Source: Bugula neritina (lineage: Eukaryota > Animalia > Bryozoa). From it: a stretch of 64,000 nt of DNA. Below are positions 1-14,400 of the stretch, in pieces (the stretch's first letter is position 1; every line of letters starts with the position of its first letter). The notes under the pieces are model-generated. The model was given only the letters and a program-made list of their open reading frames with translations. It ran no database searches and had not been told where the DNA came from. The position numbers were made by a program, and so were the translations under genes. The DNA is taken from positions 6,520,698-6,584,697 of the forward strand of contig OZ037765.1 in the NCBI GenBank assembly GCA_964035545.1. The letters run 5' to 3'.

Positions 1-79
1 CTGAAAACAAAAAAAACTTGCTTTTAGGAATAACTCAGTCCTAGTCTTCCATTGTAATACTGTTTATAAAAACTTTCCC

Positions 80-294
80 TGAGAGACCAATAGTTTAACA
101 TGGTGTTGGTACAGCACTAAAGAATGTAATGCAGATTTTACATCTGCTGAATTTTCCTAATTTTGTCTTTGCCTACAAATTCATCCAATGAATCATTTAG
201 GATGGGCTACTACAATTAACTATCATGGTAATTTTTATAAAGAGTGAAAGCACATTTACTGCACATTTTCGAACAAGATTAGGCTCTACAAATG
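80..294 (+). repeat. Repeat block E; inverted copy at 6725-6941 and partial direct copy at 2265-2352
   Basis: gagagaccaatagtttaacatggtg...cacattttcgaacaag matches the reverse complement of 6725-6941 (roughly 85% by eye). 88-175 recurs directly at 2265-2352. Confidence 0.85.
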
Positions 295-619
295 TTGAAA
301 AACTGTTGCCAACGTAATCTGGCTATTTCAAAATCTTTGCTTAGAAAATCAACCACGTTTATATGTCCAACTTTGTGTCAAGTGACAAGTTATTTGTTGA
401 GATAAAAAGATTTTACACCCCAATATGATCAGATGAGTGGAGAAGTTTCATGCTTGAAGCAGACAAGACTTAGTTTTGAATAACAATATTTTATCAGATA
501 TCATTCAAACAAAAAAGGATGTTGACAATAAATCTCTACAGTTTTTTTTAATGTTTTATTGGTATTGCAATTCTTTACTTTGCAATTTCTTATTTACCTA
601 ATTTATTTATGTTAATATA

Positions 620-1149
620 TTTTCAATAAATATCAAGCATTTCCATTTATGCAAACAATCAATATCCAACAGTCAAACACATCAACTTAATAATTTCAAG
701 GCCCATTGTTGTTGGAAGATGGAATGTCATTATGAGCTAAGAAGCCATTTCTTGTAATATTTTTGCAAGAGTTAGCTCGTTTGCTAATCTTATAGTGCTC
801 ATATATTTTCGATTTTGCTATTAAATATGTTTTGTGGTCTATTATTTCTGCAAATACTGTTTCTATACTGTTCACTGCATCATATTCACTCACTCACTCT
901 CAGTCTTGGTCTACCACTACACGTGAGTGTGACTAGTTCTTACATTTTGCCTCAGACCATTTGGGACAATCAAGATGAAACTTTGGTTATCTAAAGCAAC
1001 AAGCTTGTTCAGAGGTAAATAAAACATTTTTTTAACTTCACAGTTTAACAATACATTGTAGGCTGTGGCCCACTGATAGCGATATACTCATACTGATAGT
1101 GGGTCCTGTTGTCATCTAATTGTAGCCGGTAGGCTTGTTAGTTGTTGCT
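620..1149 (+). repeat. Inverted diverged duplicate of the TOMM70 upstream region, exon 1 and start of intron 1 (10066-10610)
   Basis: Collinear reverse-complement match, e.g. gcccattgttgttggaagatggaatgtc, cactcactcactctcag, caagATGaaactttgg...cagag|gta and cttgttagttgttgct. Confidence 0.9.
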
Positions 1150-2697
1150 GGTTTACCTGACAAAGCTGAGGCAGACATTGCCAAGCTCATGAGTATTAAG
1201 GATCTACCACCTAGGGTAGGTGTGACAAGCAGTGTTTGTAGTTCATCTGGAATTTTTTTGAAATTATTCTTTCCTTTTGAATTATAGAGTTATGTTATGG
1301 TTTGTTGCTTTTAGTACATGTCTACTGCTCTGCTTCTCCGTAAAGCTTTTTTGGCTATATCTAAGATGAATAGCTACGATGCCTTTTTGATGATTGCTGA
1401 TGCCATGGCATGTGATCCTAAGAATGGTGATATATATCATCATCGAGGCCAGGTAATGTCAGACCAAGTTTATTGTAGTCGTCTTGTCGCTGTGCAGTAT
1501 TTTACACTGTACCACCATACACATGTCTTGGTTAACCTAGCTACTTTATAATTCTGGCTACAATTATATAATATTATAGATGTACTGAGAGTGCACGATA
1601 GCATTGATGCACAATCCAAGCGTGTGTTTATATGCTTGTGCTTGTGCTTTTGTGTGTGCTTGTTCGTCTGTGTGTATGTGTGTGCATACTGGACCAGCAA
1701 GTCTGGGCATGCTTTGTAATACCTAAAAATTTCCAGGGCCAAAATCCTCTAAAAATTAAAACTTAAAAATTGTCTTAGCAGTAAATAATTCATCTTCACC
1801 TGTTCTATATTCATCTCCTTCGAACTGAAAAATATGAAAACACCCCGTACACATATAATTTGCATAAAATAATACCAAACCTAGTTCAATTAGCAATGAA
1901 GGAACTTTGTTTTCTGTATAGTCAGTGTATTGTTGCATTTGCAGATTAACCTGCTGATGGGTGACATTACAAGCTGCATGGATGACACTGAAAAAGCCAT
2001 CAGCTACAATAAGACGGAGGTACCAGCCCTTATTTTCCAGAAGCAGATGTTTGGTGAGTCATCCTAATCAGTCATGTTTCTCTAGATTATCCCTCACCAA
2101 GTGTCTAAGTTATACTGATGAGTCTAGAGTACTACAGTTCTTGTGTATCTTGATTGTGAAATGGTGAATTGGTGATTGTGAATTATGAAGCTATTCAACA
2201 GTAATTAGCATTCTCAGCTAAGCTAGGGCCAGTAAATTGATATTGATTGTCACACCTATCTTCAAGAGTTTAACATGGTGTTGATACAGCACTAAAGAGT
2301 TTATAATGCAGATTTTACATCTACTAAATTTTCCTAATTTTTTCTTTGCCTACTCCTGATACATACTATTATATTATACTTAGAAAAAAGTACTGAGCAA
2401 TTCTAGCTGTTTACATTGAATGGGTTTGCAACTCCTGAGACTTCTCGATTAATCTGACTCGATTCAGACATCTTTTGAATATGCTTCAGTAGAAAGTTTC
2501 TTCTATCTTAAAATTGTGAGTCATTAGACTCTGTTCTGTGCTGACAAGAAAAACCCTGAAACAGCAGCTGCTGTGCATACACCGAGTTGTATTATATTAT
2601 ATAAATACTTCATACCTCAATGCAAGTTTAGAGTATCATGGTAGAGTAACTTCCACATTCTACATTCACAGGTGAACAGCTGGCGAAGGAAACTTAA
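975..2697 (+). pseudogene. TOMM70: Internally deleted TOMM70 duplicate (exons 975-1014, 1133-1215, 1315-1452, 1945-2053), possibly ending in a DEPDC5-derived exon (2672-2697); 131-aa ORF if spliced this way
   Basis: GT-AG exons translate to MKLWLSKATSLFR-GLLVVAGLPDKAEADIAKLMSIKDLPPR-YMSTALLLRK...DPKNGDIYHHRGQ-INLLMGDITSCMDDTEKAI...QKQMF. This resembles the central TPRs of TOM70 (DPxNxDxYHHRGQ motif). Transmembrane and clamp-TPR exons are absent. Confidence 0.7.
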
Positions 2698-2910
2698 CAA
2701 TTATGGTTTTCAGTTGCTGCCAATACCTGTAGACCCCTTTGCCATGCCGACTGAGAGAAACTCTGACCCTCTCAGATGTCCCATCTTTGTTCCGTTTGAT
2801 GACAGTGTGACGGAGAGTGCAACCAATGAGGAGCTGCTGAAGTTCATGACCTTTCTGATTGGCAAGTATGTAGCATTACGTATAAGTATGTGTAAGTTAG
2901 GAAATCTCTA
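2353..2910 (+). pseudogene. DEPDC5: Inverted duplicate of one DEPDC5 exon (2672-2865) with flanking intron (source about 13878-14407)
   Basis: ORFs 2672..2959(+) and 13842..14117(-) encode nearly the same peptide. The flanking intron also aligns in reverse complement. Confidence 0.9.
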
Positions 2911-3104
2911 TTCAAATATATTCATAAATTTTCAAACCACAAAGTTTTCATTTGTTTAAGTAATTAATTGGCTTGTGCTCCACGCATTAAAATTTGGAAC
3001 TTATCAGTAATTGTTATATTCTAAGAGTTGTCCCCTCTGTTGTTATGTATCGTATAAGGGTATAAGTATCTACAGGTTGAAATACTTACTTGGTCTGTTC
3101 AACA

Positions 3105-4147
3105 AACACCATTTAAAAATAATTGTATTGCATTCACATGCATTCTAAACTGTTGAATAGTAATTAAAAATGTTAATTTTCAAGCATTTTATCCCAAAGG
3201 ACTGTATTTAAAGAATTTGCTGTTGATATTTACTATAGGTATTTTAAAACTTTAACCTTGTTCAGATCTTGAATAGTATTGGTCTAATAAATTTATCTTA
3301 AAAATGCCACTTAAAAATTTCATTTCCAACATATTGGACACTCTTGAAACTTGGCAAAATTGGTTGCAAATTTTCCCAATAAATTTGGTGTTGTTATAGT
3401 AAAGAGATTCATAGCATTGTTTATCACTGTCTTTGTTACGTATGAAATCTTTAAAGCAATAAAATATGACTTATATTTGAGTTGTGTAGAGTTTAATTCT
3501 ATGGCAAACTAAATATTGAATATTGAAATGGCTGCATTTCTTCAATATGCTACCTACTGAAATAAGCTGCATGACAACAATATTCTAACATTACAACTGC
3601 AATGGTGAACTTTGACAAAGGTCATAGAATAATTACATTGTGTAAGCTACGCACAATTAGATGCTTAATTTACTAATTCACTAATGTTTGAAAAGCAGTC
3701 TATGATATTCAAACATTAGTTTATTATAATTAAACTTGTTGCAATCTTTTATTTAAAGCTTGCATAATATTTATATAAACCGCTAAATACAAAATTGATT
3801 TTCAATGTTCATATATTTCATAAAGCTTTCAGTTTTGTATAATCCAAGTGCAATACTGAGCTTAGTTGAAGAGAGTACACACATACTTGTCCGGTAAGTG
3901 AAGGTTGCATTTTTCTATTTTCTCTAATTTTCTATACTAGGTGAAAACTGCATGAGAAAATGTTGAAGGTGCTGTTGCTAAGACAAGCGAATAAACTAAT
4001 TTTGAGCACTAAACTTTTAAAGTAACCTAGCCACGCTCATCAACTAGTCATAGCTGGCAGTAGCATGAATCTCATACAACATGTCAGAATTTACCAGAAT
4101 AGTTATTTAACTTGTGCTAATGTTTTACAGCCATTTACTTACTAAGT

Positions 4148-4155
<8 letters not shown>
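3105..4155 (+). repeat. Inverted diverged duplicate of the DEPDC5 downstream region (about 10700-11320)
   Basis: 3310-3720 matches the reverse complement of 10880-11280 and 4022-4155 matches 10705-10845. About 3720-4020 has no counterpart in the right-hand copy. Confidence 0.8.
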
Positions 4156-6568
<2,413 letters not shown>

Positions 6569-7959
6569 GTGGCTTAGCTACACTCCGAAGATATGCACTT
6601 TACTAGCTATATAATAGAAAACTTATCTGTTTTACACAAACGTATTCCAAGGCGAACCTTTACTTAATATGATCTTTAAAAAGGCATAAAATTAAATTGC
6701 AATTGTTAAGTAATATAAACAGATACATTTTTAGAATCCAATTTTGTTCGAAAATGTGTAGTAAATGTGCTTTCACTCTTTATAAAAATTACCATGATAG
6801 TTAATTGCAGTAGCCCATACCAGGTGATTCATTGCATGAGTTTGTAGGCAAAGACAGAATAAGGGGAATTCAATAGATGCAAAATCTGAATTACATTCTT
6901 TATTGCTGTACCACCACCTTGTTAAACTCTTGGTCTCTCTGAGTGGGACTATTCTTGAAAATAAGTTCTATTTTGCTATCATAGCTCACAGGGTATGAAA
7001 CATGTTTAGGTTTTAGGGCATCTATTTTTACAACTCAGGTAAAAATTATTTACAAGATAGCATGGTAATAATTTCACCAGTTCTGAGCAAAATAAGAGGA
7101 AAGATTTGTGTAAATACAATATGCATGTCACGTAGCAAACCTGTTTTGAAGAAAACACAACTCCGAATAAATTGTAACACATAATATTGATATTGTTTTG
7201 CTCATTTCTGCAACACACCCACAATAGGTCAGCCAATACACAAACTATATAACTGAAACCATGGTTGCTGTTTAATGTCATTATGTTTATTATTAAAATA
7301 CACAAGAAGTATGCATACAGTGCATTTACTGCAAACAGGATGGCGCATATTAATTCATTAATTGATAAAAGAGGATCATGTATCCTGCTTTGTTAAACTC
7401 TGTCAAATAAAATCAGTAGGAAGTGTACACATTGATTAACCTAGTTCTGAATACAAGTTATAATAATATGTCTAAACTTAATGAATTTGTAGTTTGTTTA
7501 TTTGCATAGAAACAATGTGGTTATAAATAAAGCTCACAATAATTTCATGTTTGTTGAAATAAGCATTTTATATTATTTGACTTTATACTATGAATTGTTT
7601 AAAACAAAAACAAAAACAAAAAATTTTATTATGTCTGACTTTATACCATGAGTTTTTATTTTTGTAACTAGGAGTTGTACCCTTTTTAGGTAAACGTGTA
7701 ACCGAGTCATATAGAAATGGATCAATATTCAATACAATCTCAGAAATACCTGCTATATGAAATACTAATTTTTCAATAAAATTACTGTTGTCATACAGTT
7801 TTCCAGTTTTTCTGTTAAAAAATACAAATTGTTTCTATTATCTTGTATCAATGAAAGATACACAACAATACAATTTAATTTATGTTCAATTCAAATAGAA
7901 CACAGAGTGATCCAGCGTAATATTATTGACACAATCAAAAGAAGAGCTAAAAGATTCAC

Positions 7960-10277
7960 CTTGCAGTCATTGGCAGCTGCTCGATTCTGGTAGAGGACGG
8001 CCAGAAGTTTAACTTCCTCCTTTGGACAAAGTTCTAGGGCCTGATTATAGGAGCTTATGGCCTGAGCGTAACGTTTCTTTTTAAAGAACTCGTTTCCTTG
8101 CTCCGTAGCCTTGATGGCCTGAGAGGCTGCGTTGGAGGTCTACAAAATAGACTGATGATCTTATCATAATTGAAAAAGAAAATGCATGGTGTAAATTTCT
8201 ACAATATTGATGAGCCTTTTGCTATAAATATGCTTGCTAAATTTTCTCTACTAAACATGTAAATTTTAAGTCTTGGTATAATTTTGAGAACTTGTTGCAC
8301 AACTTAGTAGAGCACATATCTATAATACCCAGAGTATACTTATACTATCACGTGCTCAAGAGATCACACTGTTTATATATTACCATGGCAACTTATATAC
8401 CATGAAGCAGGTTAGCAGTGCTTTACTTTGCAGAATTTGATTTTATAATAACTCTTCTAGCAAAAGAACTGTTTTGAGAATTTGAACACAAAGCATATTG
8501 GAAATATTTCCTTATTTTAGGCCAAGATGGTAATATTACATTCTTAAAGTCTTCTAAACAAACTGGAACTCATCAACATGAACAGATATTGGTAGTTATT
8601 ATTTCATACTAGATTTGAACAATTACATTATAAGTGTCTGTTAGGTATAAATATAGAAGCTACCATTGAGGTGAAGTTGAAACTATACACCTGTAAACTG
8701 TAAACTGCAAACATATAGAAGTGTTTTTGCTGCAGCAGCAAGTCCCATATTGAGCACATAATCGTGTATATCAAATAACATTAAAGGTGTAAAAAATATT
8801 AGTAATTTGTTAAATTATTTGGCAATCATTTAGCGAGAGTAGCTATTATAAATTTTCAAGTGCTTTTAATACATGCTGAAAATGCATGGCTCTATTTATT
8901 GAATTATTAGTAGCACCTGGTAAAAGTTCTTTTCTATGACTGTACTACAAAGTACCTTTTGTTATCAATATATTGTACAATTTAAATACACATTGGATAA
9001 ACTTCATGCTTACTGCAGTACTATCTCCATTAGCCTGAGATGTTGAACCATTTGACTTGGGAGCTGTATCAGTACTACTTCTTTGAGCATTGTCATTATC
9101 TCCAACCTTGGCTGAGACGGGAAGGTTAGTTCTCCCCAGCCACTTGTAGAGTTTGTAAGAAGCAAATGATGCACACGCCACACCAGTCATGCCAAATATG
9201 ACCATCTTGGTGACGTTTCTGGTGCCATCTTCATTCGTTACTGCAATAGAAACACTCAATATTTTTATTTAAACTACTGTTAGCTCTGTACAACTTTTAT
9301 TTTCACATTCACTTGAAAACCAGATGTAAAGATCAGTTAGCAGTAGCATCAATGCTGCTTTACATAGGCTAAACTAAACCTAGACTTGATATATACAATT
9401 CCTTATGTATTGACATCACAGCAAGTATAAATCTACTTCTGAAGGTTTTATATGCTGCATGCAAACCAGTTTGCAAGAAATGTAGTGATCAGAAGATTGT
9501 TTTGTAGTTGTGTTCACATTGTAAGAATGAAGTCATTTTAACAACATGATGGATGATGTTTCACATTTTGTGTATGGAAAGAATGATGTAATCTAAAGTC
9601 AGCCAGGAACTGAGTAGCAAACTGTGAAAGCACGTATTTTGTTTCTCCCATACAATGTAATTCAATGAACATTAAATTAACCAAATACATAATTATTATG
9701 GACCAATTATATTGCAACTTTTGATAGAAAAAGGTAGTAAAGACCACATAGCTTTTTACTGGTTGCCACCACCTTCAAGGCAGACATTCCTTCTACTGCA
9801 AATTCTCGTACTGACCACATTAATAGATTAATGTTGTTTGTTTTTCTATCAGTAGAAACAAATAAAGCTATAAAGCCTTTCAATTTAAAAGAGAATATTT
9901 AACAAGAGAAAAATTGTATTTATAGAGCTGAGGCCCATTATAAAAGTTATAGATACTATAACTATAAATAAATGACCTGTGATTGACAATTCAATAACCA
10001 CATTACCAAGTCTAAAACCAACAGTCTCATTAATCCTAAATAGCAAGTACAACACCTATAGCAATAGCAACAACTAACAAGTCTGCTATTGAAAGACAAC
10101 AGTAACGATATCATTGTCATTATAATCAATGTGCCACAGTCTAAAATCTCATTTAGGAAAAGTAGTAGAGAAATGGAGATAGCCTAATTTCATTAGAATG
10201 CTGTTAAAATGAAAAGCTAGAACGATGTTTTACTTACCTCTGAACAAGCTTGTTGCTTTGGATAACCAAAGTTTCAT
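7960..10277 (-). CDS. TOMM70: TOM70 mitochondrial import receptor, 5' part only: exons 10277-10238, 9240-9014, 8139-7960
   Basis: Phase-consistent GT-AG exons give MKLWLSKATSLFRV...MVIFGMTGVACASFASYKLYKWL (signal anchor), a linker, then ATEQGNEFFKKKRYAQAISSYNQALELCPKEEVKLLAVLYQNRAAA (first clamp TPRs of TOM70). I found no further exons on this strand inside the window. Confidence 0.85.
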
Positions 10278-11479
10278 CTTGATAGTCTCAAAGGCAAATT
10301 GGAAGCGATAACTAGAACTCACGTAGAGTTAGATTAGCACTGAGAGTGAGTGAGTGAATATGATGCAGTAGACGTTATAAATGCAGTATTTGCAAAAGTA
10401 GTAGAGCACAAAACATATTTAATAGCAAAATTGAGAATTTATTAGCACTAAAATTAGCAAACGAGCTAACTCTTGCAAAACTATTACAAGAAATGGCTTC
10501 TTCTCCCATAAAGACATTCCATCTTCCAACAACAATGGGCCTTGAAAATAATAGATTGTTGGATTTCGATTGTTTACATAAATGCATTTTTGAAATTTAT
10601 TGAAAATGTTAGACAGAGCCTTGAAAATATTTTATTGATGTGTTGGATTAAGCAAGATTTTACTGATTTACATAATATACCAGCAAATATCTGACATGCC
10701 ACGCACGCAGCCATACTTATAAAGTTTAAAAATTACTGTAAAGCATTAGCACAAGCTAAATAACTTAACTGGTAAATTTTGACCTGAATAAAGTTCATGC
10801 TACTGCTAGCTATGACTAAGTTGGTGAGCATGGCTAGGTTATACCTCAGTAGTGTAAAATGGTGTAAACTAATAAAATAATGTTTCAATGTCATAGACTA
10901 CTTTTCAAACATTAGTGAATTAATAAATTAAGCGTCTAATTGTGCATAGCTTACACAATGCAATAATTCTATGACCTTTGTCAAAGTTCATCATTGCAGT
11001 TGTAATGTTAGAATATTATTGTCATGCAGTTCATTTCAGCAGGAAGCATATTGGAGAAATGCAACAATTTTAATATTCAATATAATTATTACCATAAGCT
11101 TCAACCTTGCCCCACAGTTGAAAATAAGTCACATTTCATTGCTTTAAGGATTTTATATAATAAAAACAGTGATAAGCAATGTAAAGTAACTCTATACTAG
11201 AACTACACCAAATTTATTGGAACAATTTACAACCAATTTTACCAGGTCTCAGGATTGTCTATTCTGCTAGAAATGCATGAAAATACAAGTGAAAGCAATA
11301 CAACTATTTTTTACATGATGATTTACAAGTTTATTTTTGAAATTTTCTGTACAAAAGTAAAATATAACATTTAAATAAAATATAAAATGTAATTCTTAAG
11401 CACTTTTGTAGAAACAAATTTATTTGTTCAAAAAGTTTGCATAAAGTTGAAAAAGTGTACTGATAAAAACCAAAATTTA

Positions 11480-14400
11480 TTAGTCAAGATTTGTGGTTTT
11501 CCACTTTTGCCAATGTTTACTGAGTCGATTATCTTTGTTGGAAGTCAGCTGCTTGAAGTCATCAAATATGGTATCCTCGAACAACTCAAAGTCGTGGAAA
11601 GCTTGCCACCACTGCTTAGTGACCATAAAATTCCACGACCACTGAAAGCCAACCTGAAACATTAAGATTTCTACTGTAAAATACTTGTAGGACAAAAGAT
11701 GAGTATTTTTACATAAGGTATGTAATCAGTTATTAATATAATTTCTAGATCTCTTTAAGTTTGCTCTGCATTAAATTAATTCTGCTTTATGAATTCAAAC
11801 TAAAGAATTTATACATTTTCATATAATCACTGTTTTCATACTTGGGAGTTTTAGGGCTATACTACCCCTTGAAAATGGAATATTCGTAATTTTAAAGATA
11901 ATTTTAGAAACGTGAATACACATTACTTCTTTATACATTTAGTAATAACTAATAAGCTTTACTATTAGTTTGCTTCGCAATTTGAAAAAACAAAAATGAT
12001 AGCATTACACAATGCTATAATAAATGCATATTATATTGAAAGTAAAGCCAACAATTTTGAGAAAACGTTTGGATCTAGCAAGTTTATTAAGTTTGGCCCA
12101 ACTCCACTATTCCAGTTTCTATTAATTCATTGCAATACAAGTTACAACACTAACAAGCTATAGCAACTAAGTTTTACACTGAGTAAAATATGACATTATG
12201 TGACAATAAAGTTTAAAGTAATTGGTTTATGCAAAACATGTGATTCTCTAAATAATAAGAAAAATTGTCTGCTGATATAGCCATGGCAGATGCTGTTTAT
12301 AACCAACCTTTGATGTATTGGCAGATTCTTCTCTTCCCTGAATAATGAGGAAAAAGCCACCAGTAGTGTGTATGAACTTAGTTGAGGTGGTTGGTCTGCT
12401 CTCAGTCTCATCATATGTTATTGGAAGAAAACCATATCTGTGAGCATAATAAAAATTGCTGAATCTATGCTTTATAATGACATAAAAAATATTATAAAAT
12501 AAAATTCAAACAAATATGTAACAACTAACTTTGTGAGCAAAATTTTGCTTAACCCTTTCATGCGCAGCGTCCACGTATGTGGACACTACCTTTTTTGTAC
12601 CAAAACAGGTCAAATTTTTATAATTCACATTTTCTAGTAGATTACTCAGTGTTGTTAAAGGGTTTTTTATGCTGTTGACAAATCAAATTGCTCACTAAGG
12701 TCAAGGTCAACTGATGAGAAGCAAGTTCCGATTTGCTGTTTCACTTGGAAGCTTTTCTAGTTTTCCACAGTACACTATTTTTATTTTTCAGCTTAAAAAT
12801 GTTCAGCTCAACTGCCATATTTTTATTATGCCATCTCCACAATCAGAACTAACTATTTTATAAAAGTTTTAGATGAAAAATGTTACAAGGCTCACAAAAG
12901 AAAGTTTTTTATTGCTGTCCACATATGTGGACATCATGCAACAATTGAAGTGTTGGACGTCCACATATGTGGACAGTATGCAACTAGTAGTGCATTTCAT
13001 TTTGAATAAAAAGTAATTTTTACTCACTTTGAGTGTGTTGTTACAATTTTTAGTCATTTTGCTGTTTGCTTTGACTTTTTTTACAAAAAATTATAATGTC
13101 TCTACAAGTTTAAAATGGCTGGAATTATCAAAATAATAAAATTGGTGGGCTTCCAAAGCAAATTTGGAAGCATTTTTCTCTATACAATTCAGAAGTGACA
13201 TGGAAAGCTAGTTATAAACTTACTAAAACACCTCTTCACTCGCTATTTACAAATTTTTTTAGAATAAAACAAAAATTTGAAAATTTTACTTGAATGGTCA
13301 CTAACATTGCTACCTCAAAAAAGGACATAAAGGAAAAAAACTGGATTATAAGTGCCTTATTGGTAGTTTATTGAAAACTATATCATTTTTCATACTATTC
13401 TGAAGAAGAATACAAAAATTCTCAACCTCAGATGATCTAAAAAAGCATCTAAAAACAAAAAATTGTGACTTTTTTTGTGAAATTACCTATATTTTGACTT
13501 TGCCCACTAATTCTTGTCTTAACAGTGATGCAACTGATATATTGTTACTATCTCAACTCAGTAAACAAACTTTAAACACTAAATTTGGAGGAGAAATGAA
13601 CAATTTACATACTAAATTTTTGCAGAATAGTAATTTTGTTAACATATGTGGACAATGAGATGACTCAATAGATGCATGGCGTCCACATATGTGGACAGTA
13701 AATTTTTTTTGACATTTTTTAGATGAAAATTGAAAAAAGTTATAAATTTATGATTAGACACATGAAATCAAATAGATTAGGCAAAAAAATTTGAAAATTT
13801 GCTGTTAAAAGATAATTCATGCATGAAAGGGTTAAGTATCATCATTCTCCAACCCAACTTAAAATGTATACTATTGGATGGAGATTTCCTAACTTACACA
13901 TACTTATACGCAATGCTACATACTTGCCAATCAGAAAGGTCATGAACTTCAGCAGCTCCTCATTGGTTGCACTCTCCGTCACACTGTCATCAAACGGAAC
14001 AAAGATGGGACATCTGAGAGGGTCAGAGTTTCTCTCAGTCGGCATGGCAAAGGGGTCTACAGGTATTGGCATCAACTGAAAACCATAATTGTTAAGTTTC
14101 CTTCGCCAGCTGTTCACCTGTGAATGTAGAATGTGGAAGTTACTCTAAACTTACATTGAAGTATGAAGTATTTATATAATATGATAGAACTCAGTGTATG
14201 CACAGCAGCTGTTTCAGGGTTCCTCTTGTCAGTACAGAAGAGAGTCTAATGACTCATAATTTTAAGATAGAAGAAACTTTCTACTAAAGCATATTTAGAA
14301 TACCTACAAATAAAGTCAGATTACTCAGGCAGTCCCAGGAGTTGCAAAGCTATTCAATGTAAACAGCTAGAATCTTTCTAATAATACAATAGTATGTATC

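Noticed and set aside
696-893. ORF 696..893(-) and ORF 10375..10587(-)
   Set aside because: Both lie in the duplicated TOMM70 upstream region. The frame is not preserved between the copies, so they are chance ORFs.
12569-13696. Spaced palindromic repeats as a CRISPR-like array
   Set aside because: Irregular spacing, eukaryotic intron, no cas genes; explained as internal motifs of a TTAA-flanked transposon.
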